Shown here: piece after piece, positions 1 to 8,976 of the stretch
How the letters are laid out: every line of letters begins with the position of its first letter
Numbering within the stretch: position 1 is the stretch's first letter
Assembly (NCBI GenBank): GCA_963699635.1
Contig: CAVOUQ010000016.1
Span: forward strand, 200,680 to 264,679
Direction of reading: 5' to 3'
Source: an uncultured Actinomycetes bacterium
GTDB taxonomy: Bacteria; Actinomycetota; UBA4738; HRBIN12
DNA length: 64,000 nt
The notes under the pieces: model-generated
What the model was told of the DNA's origin: nothing
Database searches by the model: none
The model's input: only the letters and a program-made list of their open reading frames with translations
Position numbers and translations under genes: made by a program

Positions 1-3
1 ACG

Positions 4-46
4 GGTTAAGAAGGGTAGTACCCACAGCAGGTCAGAGGGCCTTTCC
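4..46 (+). repeat. Dispersed intergenic repeat, copy A
   Basis: GGTTAAGAAGGGTAGTACCCACAG at 4-27 recurs at 2460-2483 and 3299-3322. Similarity to copy B continues to ~46 (TCAGAGG..CTT.CC). Confidence 0.6.
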
Positions 47-130
47 GGGCTGGACCATCCACAGGTCAGACGGCGGGGACCCTCCCCACGCTCATAGCGC
101 CAGGCTCAGGCGCTGGGGGATGAGGGCATA

Positions 131-148
131 ACGTGAACACGTTCACAG
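131..148. promoter_or_regulatory. Rex-operator-like inverted repeat
   Basis: ACGTGAA-CACG-TTCACAG versus the Rex consensus TTGTGAA-N4-TTCACAA. The GTGAA/TTCAC cores are intact with correct 4-nt spacing and 3 outer mismatches. Confidence 0.35.
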
Positions 149-300
149 CTCTCGCGACCGCGAGCCCAAGATCGCGAGGGAGATGACTGATTGCGTCGCC
201 ATGGCGATCTTCGGCCAGGGTGTCAGCGGCATGACGTCGGTCGGACCGAAGGCGGTGGCGTTGGTGATTCCGAGGTACAGGTAGTCCACGAAGCGCGGGC
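143..300 (-). pseudogene. C-terminal remnant of a pore-loop membrane protein (DUF1345 / ion-channel-like)
   Basis: The last ~50 codons of the 143..940 minus ORF read RFVDYLYLGITNATAFGPTDVMPLTPWPKIAMATQSVISLAILG. The upstream part of this frame is Arg-rich nonsense, and that space is used by the lipoprotein gene in another frame. Confidence 0.25.
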
Positions 301-322
301 GCCATCCCTGGGCGGCGGCGTG

Positions 323-472
323 GGGCTCGCGATGATCGAGCGCGACCACGACGTCGCCGACGACGACATCGCCAACGGCGCGTGGGGGCTCGATATCGTG
401 GGACGCAGCTATCCGGTGACGCTGTCGCTCGCGCCGATGTACGACCCGGCGCGCGCCCGGATCAGGGCCTAG
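323..472 (+). pseudogene. C-terminal remnant of a GcvT / dimethylglycine-sarcosine oxidase family aminomethyltransferase
   Basis: GLAMIERDHDVADDDIANGAWGLDIVGRSYPVTLSLAPMYDPARARIRA* matches the C-terminal barrel ending (..E.LG...PA.V...P.YDP...R.R) of this family. There is no credible N-terminal part upstream. Confidence 0.35.
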
Positions 473-912
473 GCGCTCGGCGACGCCGACGCGACGGTAC
501 AACCGAGCGCCATCTCGGCGCTGGTGACCTTCGACAGCGCGTCGGTGGCAACCTGCGCGACGTCGGCCGGCGCGGCGGTCGCGAGGTTCTGCACGTCGGT
601 CGCGAGATCGGCGACGTCGCTGGCGGCACCGGAGGCGCCCACCGAGTTCAGCAGGCTCGAGGCGCTCTGCAGGTCCGTCGCCATCGAGGCCGCTTGGCTC
701 GCGAACGCCCCCGTCTGGCCGGCCTGGGCGGTCGTGATCGCCGTGGATGCGGCGGCCAGCTTCGCGCACACCGTGACTTTGGCCTGTGCGAGCGGCCCTG
801 CGGCCGAGGTTGCGGCCGGCGAGCTGGGGCTCGACGACTTGCTGCACGCGGCGAGCATCAAGGCGAGCACGAGCGTGGCGGCCACGGTCAGTGTGCGGGT
901 GTGCGAACGCAT
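469..912 (-). CDS. Ala/Ser-rich secreted lipoprotein, function unknown
   Basis: 147-aa ORF with signal peptide plus lipobox (LALMLAAC|SKSS). Confidence 0.6.
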   Translation of the reverse strand: MRSHTRTLTVAATLVLALMLAACSKSSSPSSPAATSAAGPLAQAKVTVCAKLAAASTAITTAQAGQTGAFASQAASMATDLQSASSLLNSVGASGAASDVADLATDVQNLATAAPADVAQVATDALSKVTSAEMALGCTVASASPSA

Positions 913-1414
913 GAAGTCCTCCTCGATCGGTCGTCCGCATCTAGCCGCGAACGTCGCGAACGAACGCCTGTGCTCGCTTCCACCGCGGTAGATGCCTTAG
1001 GCCTTGCTCCCCGGTAGACCGGACACTCGAAGCTCCCACACAAGAAGAAGAGCCACGGGCATCTCCCCACCCGTCGAGTGCCTGCCCAACGAGTGGAGTA
1101 CGTTCGTGGCTTTTCTTCAGGTCTGGGGCGTGGGCGGAGTGTCCGGTCCCTACGGCCTGACCGGGTGGACCAGCGAAGTGATGGCTCCTCGGATCCCAGC
1201 CAAGACCTGTCGATCGGAGGAACAGATCCTGTCCCTGATCGGGGCGGCGTTCCTCGCCTTGGCGCTGATCGACTTCCTGCGCACGGATGTGAGTGTGGTC
1301 GAGGCTGAGAGAGGCGCACCGCCGCACGTCGGAAGCTTCGCCTGGGAGCGGACCCGACGACAAGGCTGCCCACGAGGCCGGGGCGGACGCCCCGACCTCC
1401 TGATCAGCGTCGTG

Positions 1415-1927
1415 CTACTCGCCCTCTGCGGCTTTCAGCTGCTTGGCCAGCTCGTCGGCGTCCGCGTCGACCGCCTGGGAGATGTAGCGATCCTGCGCCT
1501 TGATGCTCGCAGCGATCTGGTCGGCCATGTTCGTCGCGTAAATCACGATCAAGCCGGCCTGTCCCTTGTCCAGCACGGTGCCGAGCTGCTTGAGGTCGTC
1601 ATTGCTCATGCCACCCTTGATGTGCCCGGTGATGGCTCCGACGCCCGCACCCACGGCCATACCGACACCCAGACCGATCCCAGGAAGGATCGCGGCCGCG
1701 GCCCCGATGGCCAAACCTTCCCACGCACCGTGCCGCGTGGACGCCTCGTGCTTCTCGGCCACCTTGACCGTGCCGTCGGCTCCGCGCTCAAGGACCGCGG
1801 CATCGAAATCATGCCCGACCCCGGCGTTCGCGTACATCGCCTTCACTGCCTCGTAGTCCACCTCGGCGTCTGAAACGCTGTCGTAGGACGCTCCGAGGAC
1901 CAGCAGCATGTCCTTCTCGCTCATCAC
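1415..1927 (-). CDS. DUF1269-like membrane protein (glycine-zipper segment)
   Basis: 170-aa ORF with coding-type GC3. It has soluble domains flanking a central GLAIGAAAAILPGIGLGVGMAVGAGVGAITG segment. Confidence 0.75.
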   Translation of the reverse strand: MMSEKDMLLVLGASYDSVSDAEVDYEAVKAMYANAGVGHDFDAAVLERGADGTVKVAEKHEASTRHGAWEGLAIGAAAAILPGIGLGVGMAVGAGVGAITGHIKGGMSNDDLKQLGTVLDKGQAGLIVIYATNMADQIAASIKAQDRYISQAVDADADELAKQLKAAEGE

Positions 1928-2459
1928 GTTCCCTCCCTTTCGATGCCCGATCCCGCCCGCGAGGGCCTGCTAAAGGACCTTAGCAGGGGCTGCTCCCGGT
2001 GAGGGAGGAGGGAGCCGGGGGGGCACAGGGACTTTTCGCACGTATCCGCCCAATCGCGCCGGGCGTCACGGTTCGCAGGATGTGCCCTTCCGTTCCATCC
2101 TGCATCCGGAGCAACGGCAGCCTCAGACGGGACTGCGCTGCGGATCCGGGTTGGCGCCACCGACGCGAGCTCGGGGGTGTCGGTCGGGGCCACCTTGAGG
2201 CACCGGCCGTAGAGGGCAGCGAGTGGCTCGGAGCTGAGGCCCTGGGCCATGACGGAGAGCAAGATCGTCCAAGTCGTGCGCGACGACGGCAAGCCTTTCG
2301 ATCTGTCGATCAGTCTGGACGAGTGGCGAGCGGGGATCACGCGCGCGATGCTCGAGGCGCATGGGATGAGTCCGTCTGTCTGTCTGGTCTGTGGTGTGTG
2401 GGGTGTTCTCAGAAGTCCCTGACCACACGGAATCGCCGTCGTTCAGTGGAGTGCCCTCA

Positions 2460-2502
2460 GGTTAGGGAGGATAGTACCCACAGCGACTCAGAGGCTCTTA
2501 CC
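2460..2502 (+). repeat. Dispersed intergenic repeat, copy B
   Basis: GGTTAGGGAGGATAGTACCCACAGCGACTCAGAGGCTCTTACC, about 50-90 nt upstream of the TMEM175-family gene start. Confidence 0.6.
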
Positions 2503-2551
2503 CACTGCGATCCCGAGGGTCACCGATATCGAGGACCGCTATCCTCGGCGC

Positions 2552-3205
2552 GTGAGCAAAGACTCGTCGCCCAAGAACGAACGACGGTGGCTCCGTCCCA
2601 GCCGGATGGAGGCCTTCAGCGACGGGGTCTTCTCGATCGCGATCACGCTGCTGGTGCTGGATCTCGCCGTCCCCGAAACGGGCAGCGGGGTTGGTCATGC
2701 GCTCCTCGATCAGTGGCCTCTCTACTCGGCCTACCTCGTGAGCTTCGCATCAATCGGCGCGGTTTGGATCGCCCACTCAACTGTCACGAACCATTTCGAA
2801 CGTGTGGACTCCGTCCTGCTGCGGCTCAATCTGCTCCTGCTCTTCTTCGTCTCGGTGCTTCCGTTCCCGACGAGGATGCTCGCGGAGTTCATCGGGGATT
2901 TCGGGCCCGAGCGGATCGCTGTCACGGTCTACGGGATCAACCTGCTTGCGATGTCGGCCATGACGAGCGTCGTGTGGCGGCACGCGGTCTCAGAAGGGAT
3001 GCTCTCAAGCGAGCATCCCCAAGAGGAGGTGCAGGAGGTCACCAAGAAGTTGACCCCCACTCTCGGGTTCTACGCCGCAGCGATCGCGATCGGCCTGCTC
3101 GCGCCACGGGTCGCTGTCTTCCTCTACCTCGCGATCGCGCTCTACCTGCTCATCCCATTCCGCGCGGTCATGGAGCGGCGCCGCAGGCGGACGCATGGGG
3201 CATAG
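2552..3205 (+). CDS. TMEM175 / DUF1211 family potassium channel
   Basis: 217 aa, with the signature RMEAFSDGVFSIAITLLVL near the N-terminus and ~6 TM segments. Confidence 0.85.
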   Translation: MSKDSSPKNERRWLRPSRMEAFSDGVFSIAITLLVLDLAVPETGSGVGHALLDQWPLYSAYLVSFASIGAVWIAHSTVTNHFERVDSVLLRLNLLLLFFVSVLPFPTRMLAEFIGDFGPERIAVTVYGINLLAMSAMTSVVWRHAVSEGMLSSEHPQEEVQEVTKKLTPTLGFYAAAIAIGLLAPRVAVFLYLAIALYLLIPFRAVMERRRRRTHGA

Positions 3206-3210
3206 GTATT

Positions 3211-3249
3211 GAGAACACCCCATGGTTGGTCGGTCGGTGGGGTGTTCTC
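3211..3249 (+). terminator. Intrinsic-terminator-like hairpin after the TMEM175 gene
   Basis: Perfect 12-bp stem GAGAACACCCCA / TGGGGTGTTCTC with a 15-nt loop, starting 6 nt after the stop codon. No clear U-tract. Confidence 0.5.
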
Positions 3250-3280
3250 AAACCCCTTTGACCTCGCGGAATGCGGGTCC

Positions 3281-3322
3281 GTTGCAGGAGTACCCACAGG
3301 TTAAGAAGGGAACTGCCCACAG
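3281..3322 (+). repeat. Dispersed intergenic repeat, copy C (about 1.5-2 tandem units)
   Basis: GTTGCAGGAGTACCCACAG followed directly by GTTAAGAAGGGAACTGCCCACAG. Confidence 0.55.
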
Positions 3323-3841
3323 TTGCCCTGCAAGTCTCATCACGCAGGGGTGAGCAGCGACCTGGCAGCAAGATCGTCTCGCCACACCCGGCGGGAGCTG
3401 CGATCAGCGTGAGGCGGTCGCTTTAGATCAGTGACGAAGCTTGTCGACGAGTCGATCCGAACCAGTGTCTGGCCAACCGCGGGCGGGGGAAACAGTTGGT
3501 TCGCACAAGGATCGTGCTCCCGCAGCCCCCTCGAGGCCACCGATACCCTCAAACTCTCGCGCGATCGAAGGAGCAGCGCAGCCGCCCTCGACGCCCGGGT
3601 CGGGAGTCCGGCCACTTCGACCTGCCTCCTCTGCCACAGCGCTTCACTCCTAGCTCGATTCGGGCGAAGCTCCTCCACAGCCCACCTTCACCTAGGCGGG
3701 ATCGGCCGGTAGGGTTACGCGTGCGCATCAGCGTTCTGTGAGCGTGGACAGAGATGATCTCTGAGTCGCCTCGAACCCGGCGGATGAGACTGTGCCTGAA
3801 GGGAAAGCCATGACGTCGAGACGAGAGGGAAGCTGAGGAAC

Positions 3842-5278
3842 ATGGCGACATCACCGAGTGTCCAGCATCCGAGCGTGGCGGACCGGAAGGCGTTCGGGAA
3901 GCAGGCGAGGAAGCGGACGCCTCCGGACAGCAACGCCGGTTGGAAGCCCGTTTCGGACCGGTTCGACCCGGTGACCCTGCTCGAGGAGCAGGACGCGACC
4001 CGCGAGCCTGACCTCGTGCCGGTTCGTCACGGCCGCATGATGGTTTCGCCGTTCACGTTCTACCGGGGCGCGGCGAAGATCATGGCCGCGGACCTGAAGG
4101 ACACGCCGCGGGCCGGCCTCACCTCGCAACTCTGCGGCGATGCGCACCTCTCGAACTTCGGTGTCTTCGCATCTCCTGAGCGGAACCTGGTCTTCGACGT
4201 CAACGATTTCGACGAAACGCTGCCTGGGCCGTTCGAATACGACGTCAAGCGTATGTCCGCCAGCTTCACGATCGCGGCTCGCAACAACGGCTTCACGAAG
4301 ACCGATGCGAAGGCGGCGACGCTAGCCTCGGTGAGGTCCTATCGAGAGGCGATGGCCGAGCTGGCTCAGATGAACACGATGGAGATCTGGTACGCCCATC
4401 TGTCGGAGCAGGACCTGATGGCGGCGATCAAGACCTTCGCGGGCACCGGGTCGAAGGCGCAGAAGAAGGCAGCGACCAAGGGCGAGAAGGGCGTCAAGAA
4501 GGTCGCGGATAAGGCGCGCACGCGCGACAGCCTCCAAGCGCTATCCAAGCTGGCAGAGCTGGTCGACGGCGAATACCGGATCGTCAGCCAGCCGCCGATC
4601 GTCATCGCCGCGCGGGAGCTCACCAGCGTCGCCGGCATGTCCACCGATGAGCTCGAGCACGCGATCCACGAGCAGTTCCGCGCCTATCGCGCCACGCTGC
4701 AGTACGACCGTCGCCAGCTGTTGGAGCGGTTCAAGATCATCGACATGGCCCGGAAGGTCGTCGGGGTCGGGAGCGTGGGAGCGCGTGCGTTCATCGTCTT
4801 GCTCCAGGGCCGTGATCAGCAGGATCCGCTCTTCCTGCAGGTCAAGGAGGCGACCGCTTCGGTCCTCGAAGATCACCTCCCGAAGAGCCACTTCAAGCAG
4901 CCTGGAGAGCGCGTCGTGCAGGGACAGCGGATGATGCAGGCGGCCAGCGACATCTACCTCGGGTGGACCAAGAGCACGCAGGACAACCGCTACCTCTACT
5001 GGCGCCAGCTGCGGGACATGAAGGGCTCCGCCGACATCGAGTCGATGGACCCGACCAGCCTTCAGTTCTACGCAACGTTGTGCGGCTGGACGCTGGCTCG
5101 CGCTCACGCACGGTCAAGCGATCCCATCGCCATCTCGGCGTACCTCGGCAAGAGCGACCGATTTGATAGGTCGATCACCGACTTCTCCGAACGCTACGCC
5201 GATCAGAACGAGAAGGACTACCGGGCCTTCACCGACGCCGTCGCCTCTGGACGGCTGCAGGCGGTGGAGGGACTCTGA
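3842..5278 (+). CDS. DUF2252 domain-containing protein
   Basis: 478 aa containing SPFTFYRGAAKIMAADL, LCGDAHLSNFG and FDVNDFDET. SD GAGGAA lies upstream of the ATG. Confidence 0.85.
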   Translation: MATSPSVQHPSVADRKAFGKQARKRTPPDSNAGWKPVSDRFDPVTLLEEQDATREPDLVPVRHGRMMVSPFTFYRGAAKIMAADLKDTPRAGLTSQLCGDAHLSNFGVFASPERNLVFDVNDFDETLPGPFEYDVKRMSASFTIAARNNGFTKTDAKAATLASVRSYREAMAELAQMNTMEIWYAHLSEQDLMAAIKTFAGTGSKAQKKAATKGEKGVKKVADKARTRDSLQALSKLAELVDGEYRIVSQPPIVIAARELTSVAGMSTDELEHAIHEQFRAYRATLQYDRRQLLERFKIIDMARKVVGVGSVGARAFIVLLQGRDQQDPLFLQVKEATASVLEDHLPKSHFKQPGERVVQGQRMMQAASDIYLGWTKSTQDNRYLYWRQLRDMKGSADIESMDPTSLQFYATLCGWTLARAHARSSDPIAISAYLGKSDRFDRSITDFSERYADQNEKDYRAFTDAVASGRLQAVEGL

Positions 5279-5495
5279 GTGCCACTGGGCGGACGACAAC
5301 CGAGTAGCGAGGTCCAGCGGCCGGTCGGTGAAGGACAGCGAAGACCGCGTGACCCCTCCCACGCGATGGTTCCGCTGTCGCTCGAGATACCCTGTTCGGG
5401 ACGCCAGGCGCCGACGGTGCGCCCGGGCCTATACGAGTGCGACTTCGACCACCGCCGGACGGGCGTTCAGGTAGATCAGGGTTCCGAGCAGCGGT

Positions 5496-5580
5496 TGGTG
5501 GGAGGGGGAGGATTCGAACCTCCGTAGGCTTCGCCGGCGATTTTACAGACCGCTCCCTTTGGCCGCTCGGGCACCCTCCC
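5496..5580 (-). tRNA. tRNA-Tyr (anticodon GTA), type II with long variable arm, CCA encoded
   Basis: Hand-folded: acceptor GGGAGGG/CCCTCCC, anticodon stem GCGGT/ATCGC, loop CTGTAAA, T-arm GGAGG-TTCGAAT-CCTCC, 3-prime ACCA. Confidence 0.9.
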
Positions 5581-5633
5581 GGAAGCGATGGAAGGATAGC
5601 AACGCCCGCGAGCTGCCGCGCGCCTCAGCTGGC

Positions 5634-5639
5634 TAGGAT
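5634..5639 (+). promoter_or_regulatory. -10 element TAGGAT, likely leaderless yajQ transcript
   Basis: A TANNNT hexamer ends 6 nt before the yajQ ATG (5646), with no room for an SD. Confidence 0.4.
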
Positions 5640-5645
5640 ACGGAC

Positions 5646-6143
5646 ATGGCCAAGGCTGACTTCTCGTTCGACATCGTCTCCCAGGTCTCGATGCCCGAGG
5701 TGGCGAACGCCGTGGACCAGACGCGGCGCGAGATCGCCCAGCGGTTCGACTTCAAGGACACCGGCACCTCACTCTCGCAGGACGACAAGCTGATCGAGGT
5801 CCGCTCCTCCACGGAGGACCGGCTGAAGGCCGCCGTGGAGGTGCTGAAGGAGAAGGCCGTGCGGCGCGAGGTCTCCCTCAAGGCCCTCCACTTCGGGCCG
5901 ATCCTGCCCGGAGCCAAGGGGGCCGTGAAGCAGGCGATCAACGTGAACGTCGGCATCTCGGAGGAGAAGGCGCGGGAGCTCGTCAAGTTCGTCAAGGGCC
6001 TCAAGGTGAAGGTGCAGAGCCAGATCCAGGGCGACCAGCTGCGGATCACCGGCAAGGCGAAGGACGATCTCCAGGTCGTGATCCGGGCCGTCAAGGAGCA
6101 AGACTTCGGGCTGTCGCTCCAGTTCGTGAACTTCCGGCCCTAG
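5646..6143 (+). CDS. yajQ: YajQ family (UPF0234) nucleotide / c-di-GMP-binding protein
   Basis: 165 aa, MAKADFSFDIVSQV..EV.NAVDQ..REI.QRFDFK.. pattern over the full length. Confidence 0.9.
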   Translation: MAKADFSFDIVSQVSMPEVANAVDQTRREIAQRFDFKDTGTSLSQDDKLIEVRSSTEDRLKAAVEVLKEKAVRREVSLKALHFGPILPGAKGAVKQAINVNVGISEEKARELVKFVKGLKVKVQSQIQGDQLRITGKAKDDLQVVIRAVKEQDFGLSLQFVNFRP

Positions 6144-6184
6144 CCGGGCTCGGGTAGATTGCCGTTCACTGGGGGTGATCCGCC

Positions 6185-7567
6185 GTGGACACTGAGCGTC
6201 TGAAGGCAAGGGCCAACGAGATCGCCGAGCGGGAGGCCGCCCGACTGCTTGAGCGGACCCCGGCGTCCAAGCGGCTGTTCGAGCGCGCGTTGCGGAGCAT
6301 GCCGAACGGGGTGGCCTCGAACTTCCAGGCCGGCGACCCGTACCCCGTCTACCTGTCGCGGGGCAGCGGGTCCCATGTCTGGGACGTGGACGGCACCGAG
6401 TACGCGGACTTCCACGGCGGCTTCGGCGTGAACGTCGTGGGCCACGGCCACCCCAAGATCGTCGAGGCGATCCGAAAGGTCGCCGACCAGGGCATCCACT
6501 TCGCGGTCACGACCGAGACGACGGTCGCGCTGGCCGAGGCCATCTGCGAGCGCTTCCGGCTCGAGCAGATGCGGTTCGTGAACTCCGGCACGGAGGCGAC
6601 GATGGATGCGATCCGGGTGGCTCGAGCCGCGACCGGCCGGGACGTGATCGTGAAGATGGAGGGTTCGTATCACGGCCACCACGACTCGGTCCTGTTCTCG
6701 GTGGTCCCGGAGTCGGACGTGCTCGACATGCGGTTCACCACCGGGGCCGAGGGACAGGCCTGGTACCGCACGCGACCGACCTCGAAGGGTATCCCGCAGG
6801 CGCTGTGGGACACGGTCATCGTCGCGCCGTTCAACGACGCAGAGGCGGTCGCCCAGGCGTTCGCGGACAACCCGGAGCAGATCGCCGCGGTGATCCTCGA
6901 GCCCGTGATGATGAACATCGGCCTCGTCCTGCCGAAGGCCGGCTACCTCCAGGCGCTCCGCGACGTGTGCGAGCGCAACGGCGCCGCCCTCATCTACGAC
7001 GAGGTCAAGTGCGGCGGGACCATCGCCTACGGCGGCACGACGGAGCGCTTCGGGGTCGCGCCGCACCTGGCCGCCTACGCGAAGGCGGTGGGCGGCGGGG
7101 CGACGATCGGCGCGTTCGGCGGCGAGGCGCGGTGGATGGAGTGGGTCACCAAGGGCGCGGCCCAGCAGGGCACGTTCAACGGGAACCCGCTCTCGGCGGC
7201 GGCCGGGCTCGCGGCCCTCACCCAGGTGCTCACGAAGGACGCTTACGACCACCTCGGCAAGCTCGGGACGATGCTCGCCGAGGGCTGCCAGCGCGCGATC
7301 GCCGAGACCGGGATCCCGGCGCACGCCGTCGACCTCGGCGCGAAGGGCTGCGTCTCCTACCGCAGCGAGCGGCTCACTAACTATCGCGACTTCCTCGAGA
7401 CGATCCCGGAGCTCTTCTACGCGTCGTTCGGCTGGATGATCAACCGGGGCATCTTCATGACGCCCGGCGACGAGGAGCAGTGGACGATCTCGGTGCAGCA
7501 CACCGAGGAGGACGTCCAGCGCTACCTCGAGGCGTTCGGCGAGTTCTGCTCGGAGCTCGCGGCCTAG
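6185..7567 (+). CDS. Class-III (GSA-aminomutase-like) PLP aminotransferase
   Basis: 460 aa containing YADFHGGFGVNVVGHGHP, NSGTEATM, IYDEVKCGG and GTFNGNPL. Confidence 0.85.
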   Translation: MDTERLKARANEIAEREAARLLERTPASKRLFERALRSMPNGVASNFQAGDPYPVYLSRGSGSHVWDVDGTEYADFHGGFGVNVVGHGHPKIVEAIRKVADQGIHFAVTTETTVALAEAICERFRLEQMRFVNSGTEATMDAIRVARAATGRDVIVKMEGSYHGHHDSVLFSVVPESDVLDMRFTTGAEGQAWYRTRPTSKGIPQALWDTVIVAPFNDAEAVAQAFADNPEQIAAVILEPVMMNIGLVLPKAGYLQALRDVCERNGAALIYDEVKCGGTIAYGGTTERFGVAPHLAAYAKAVGGGATIGAFGGEARWMEWVTKGAAQQGTFNGNPLSAAAGLAALTQVLTKDAYDHLGKLGTMLAEGCQRAIAETGIPAHAVDLGAKGCVSYRSERLTNYRDFLETIPELFYASFGWMINRGIFMTPGDEEQWTISVQHTEEDVQRYLEAFGEFCSELAA

Positions 7568-7617
7568 GGCGCCCCGGCACCGGGAACCTGCGGGCGGCCG
7601 GCTCGCGAGGATCGCGC

Positions 7618-8976
7618 ATGGGATCGATGCACGAGTACACCGACGAGACCGAGGCCCTGACGAGGGCGATCGTCGCGTACGCCCGCGGCCGGATCGCGAA
7701 CCCGCAGCCACTCGATCGCCCCGCCTCGCCCGACGAGCTCGAGCGCCGGGCCGGGCGGACGATCACGCCGGGCGGCATCGGCGGCGAGGAGGCGCTCCGG
7801 ATCTGGGCCGAGGTGCTCGCGCCCACCGTGATGTCGACCGACCACCCGAGCTTCCTCGCCTTCGTCCCGGGCGCCCCGACGAAGGCCAGCGTGCTGTTCG
7901 ACCTGGTGATCAGCGCGTCCTCCTCGTACGGGGGGAGCTGGCTCGAGGGGGCGGGCGCGGTCTGGGCCGAGAACCAGATCCTGCGATGGATCGCCGACCT
8001 CGCCGGCATGCCGAATGAGGCGGGCGGGTGCTTCGTGTCGGGCGGGACCGCCGGAAACCTCTCGGCGCTCGTCGCCGCGCGTCACGCGGCCTCGGTCACC
8101 CGCGGCGGGAACCGTCCCGCGCGCTGGCGGCTCGCGTGCGCCGACACCGTGCACTCCTCCGTGGCATCGGCCGCGCGGGTCATGGACGTCGACCTGGTCA
8201 CCGTGGCGCACGACGAACGCGGGCGCCTCACGGGCTCCGCCCTCGCCGAGGCACTCGGCGCTTCCGGGACCGACGGCCTGTTCGCCGTGGTGGCGAGCGC
8301 GGGCTCGACCAACGCGGGCATCGTCGACGATCTCGAGGGCGTCGCCGCGGTGTGCCGCGAGGCCGGGACGTGGTTCCACGTCGATGGCGCGTACGGCGGG
8401 GCGGGACTGCTCGCACCGAGCGTGCGCGAGCGGTTCCGCGGCGTGGAGCACGCCGACTCGTTCATCGTCGACCCGCACAAGTGGCTCTTCGCGCCGTTCG
8501 ACGCCTGCGCGCTCCTGTATCGGGACCCCGCGATGGCGCGCTCGGCCCACCGGCAGGACGCCTCGTACCTCGACACGCTCAACGCGTCCTCGGAGTGGAA
8601 CCCGAGCGACTTCGCCCATCACCTCTCGCGGCGCGCGCGCGGGCTCCCGCTCTGGTTCTCGGTCGCGACCTACGGGACCGACGCCTACCGCGACGCGGTG
8701 GAGCGCGTCCTCGCCGTCACCCGGGAGAGCGCCGAGGAGATCCGTCGACGGCCCGAGCTGGAGCTCGTCATGGATCCCGAGCTCTCGGTGGTCCTGTTCC
8801 GACGACTCGGGTGGACACCCGAGGACTACGAGGCCTGGTGGCCTCGGGCGCTCGAGGCACAGGTCGGCTTCGTGCAGCCCTCGTCCTGGGAGGGCGAGAA
8901 GGTCGCTCGGCTGTGCTTCGTGAACCCGCGCACCACGATCGACCACGTCCGCGCGATCCTCGGCACCATGGCGTGA
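7618..8976 (+). CDS. Group II PLP-dependent amino-acid decarboxylase
   Basis: Contains HPSFLAFVPGAP, SGGTAGNLSALVAARH and DPHKWLFAPFDACALL (PLP-lysine motif). The start is taken at ATG 7618 behind GAGGA; the listed ORF extends to 7480. Confidence 0.85.
   Translation: MGSMHEYTDETEALTRAIVAYARGRIANPQPLDRPASPDELERRAGRTITPGGIGGEEALRIWAEVLAPTVMSTDHPSFLAFVPGAPTKASVLFDLVISASSSYGGSWLEGAGAVWAENQILRWIADLAGMPNEAGGCFVSGGTAGNLSALVAARHAASVTRGGNRPARWRLACADTVHSSVASAARVMDVDLVTVAHDERGRLTGSALAEALGASGTDGLFAVVASAGSTNAGIVDDLEGVAAVCREAGTWFHVDGAYGGAGLLAPSVRERFRGVEHADSFIVDPHKWLFAPFDACALLYRDPAMARSAHRQDASYLDTLNASSEWNPSDFAHHLSRRARGLPLWFSVATYGTDAYRDAVERVLAVTRESAEEIRRRPELELVMDPELSVVLFRRLGWTPEDYEAWWPRALEAQVGFVQPSSWEGEKVARLCFVNPRTTIDHVRAILGTMA

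Noticed and set aside
941-1414. ORFs 941..1363 minus, 888..1373 minus and the 5-prime part of 1004..1873 plus as possible genes between the lipoprotein and the DUF1269-like gene.
   Set aside because: There is no family resemblance, no GC3 bias and no SD. A short hydrophobic stretch (ILSLIGAAFLALALIDFL) is not enough to call a gene.
2250-2423. A 58-codon ORF (MTESKIVQVVRDDGKPFDLSISLDEWRAGITRAMLEAHG...).
   Set aside because: The first half looks protein-like, but there is no good SD, no recognisable family, and a Cys/Val/Gly-rich tail. It is too weak to list as a feature and might be another gene relic.
1999-3261. The 420-aa plus-strand ORF spanning the TMEM175 locus.
   Set aside because: It is out of frame with the clearly recognisable TMEM175 gene (2552..3205) and its composition is Arg-rich nonsense.
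5279-5495. An integrated element or genomic island anchored at tRNA-Tyr.
   Set aside because: There is no integrase, recombinase or transposase anywhere in the window, and I could find no direct repeat of the tRNA 3-prime end. The patchiness of the left 5.5 kb is noted, but it is not evidence of a mobile element.
6140-7711. Long ORFs antisense to, or out of frame with, real genes. Examples are 6140..7711 minus, 7564..9189 minus, 9186..11681 minus, 12068..14593 plus, 19775..20872 plus, 28161..30785 plus, 43098..45098 plus and 47274..49625 plus.
   Set aside because: Their translations are dominated by Arg/Pro/Gly/Asp runs with no recognisable motifs. They are the usual stop-free shadow frames of a very GC-rich genome, and in every case another frame at the same locus gives a recognisable protein.
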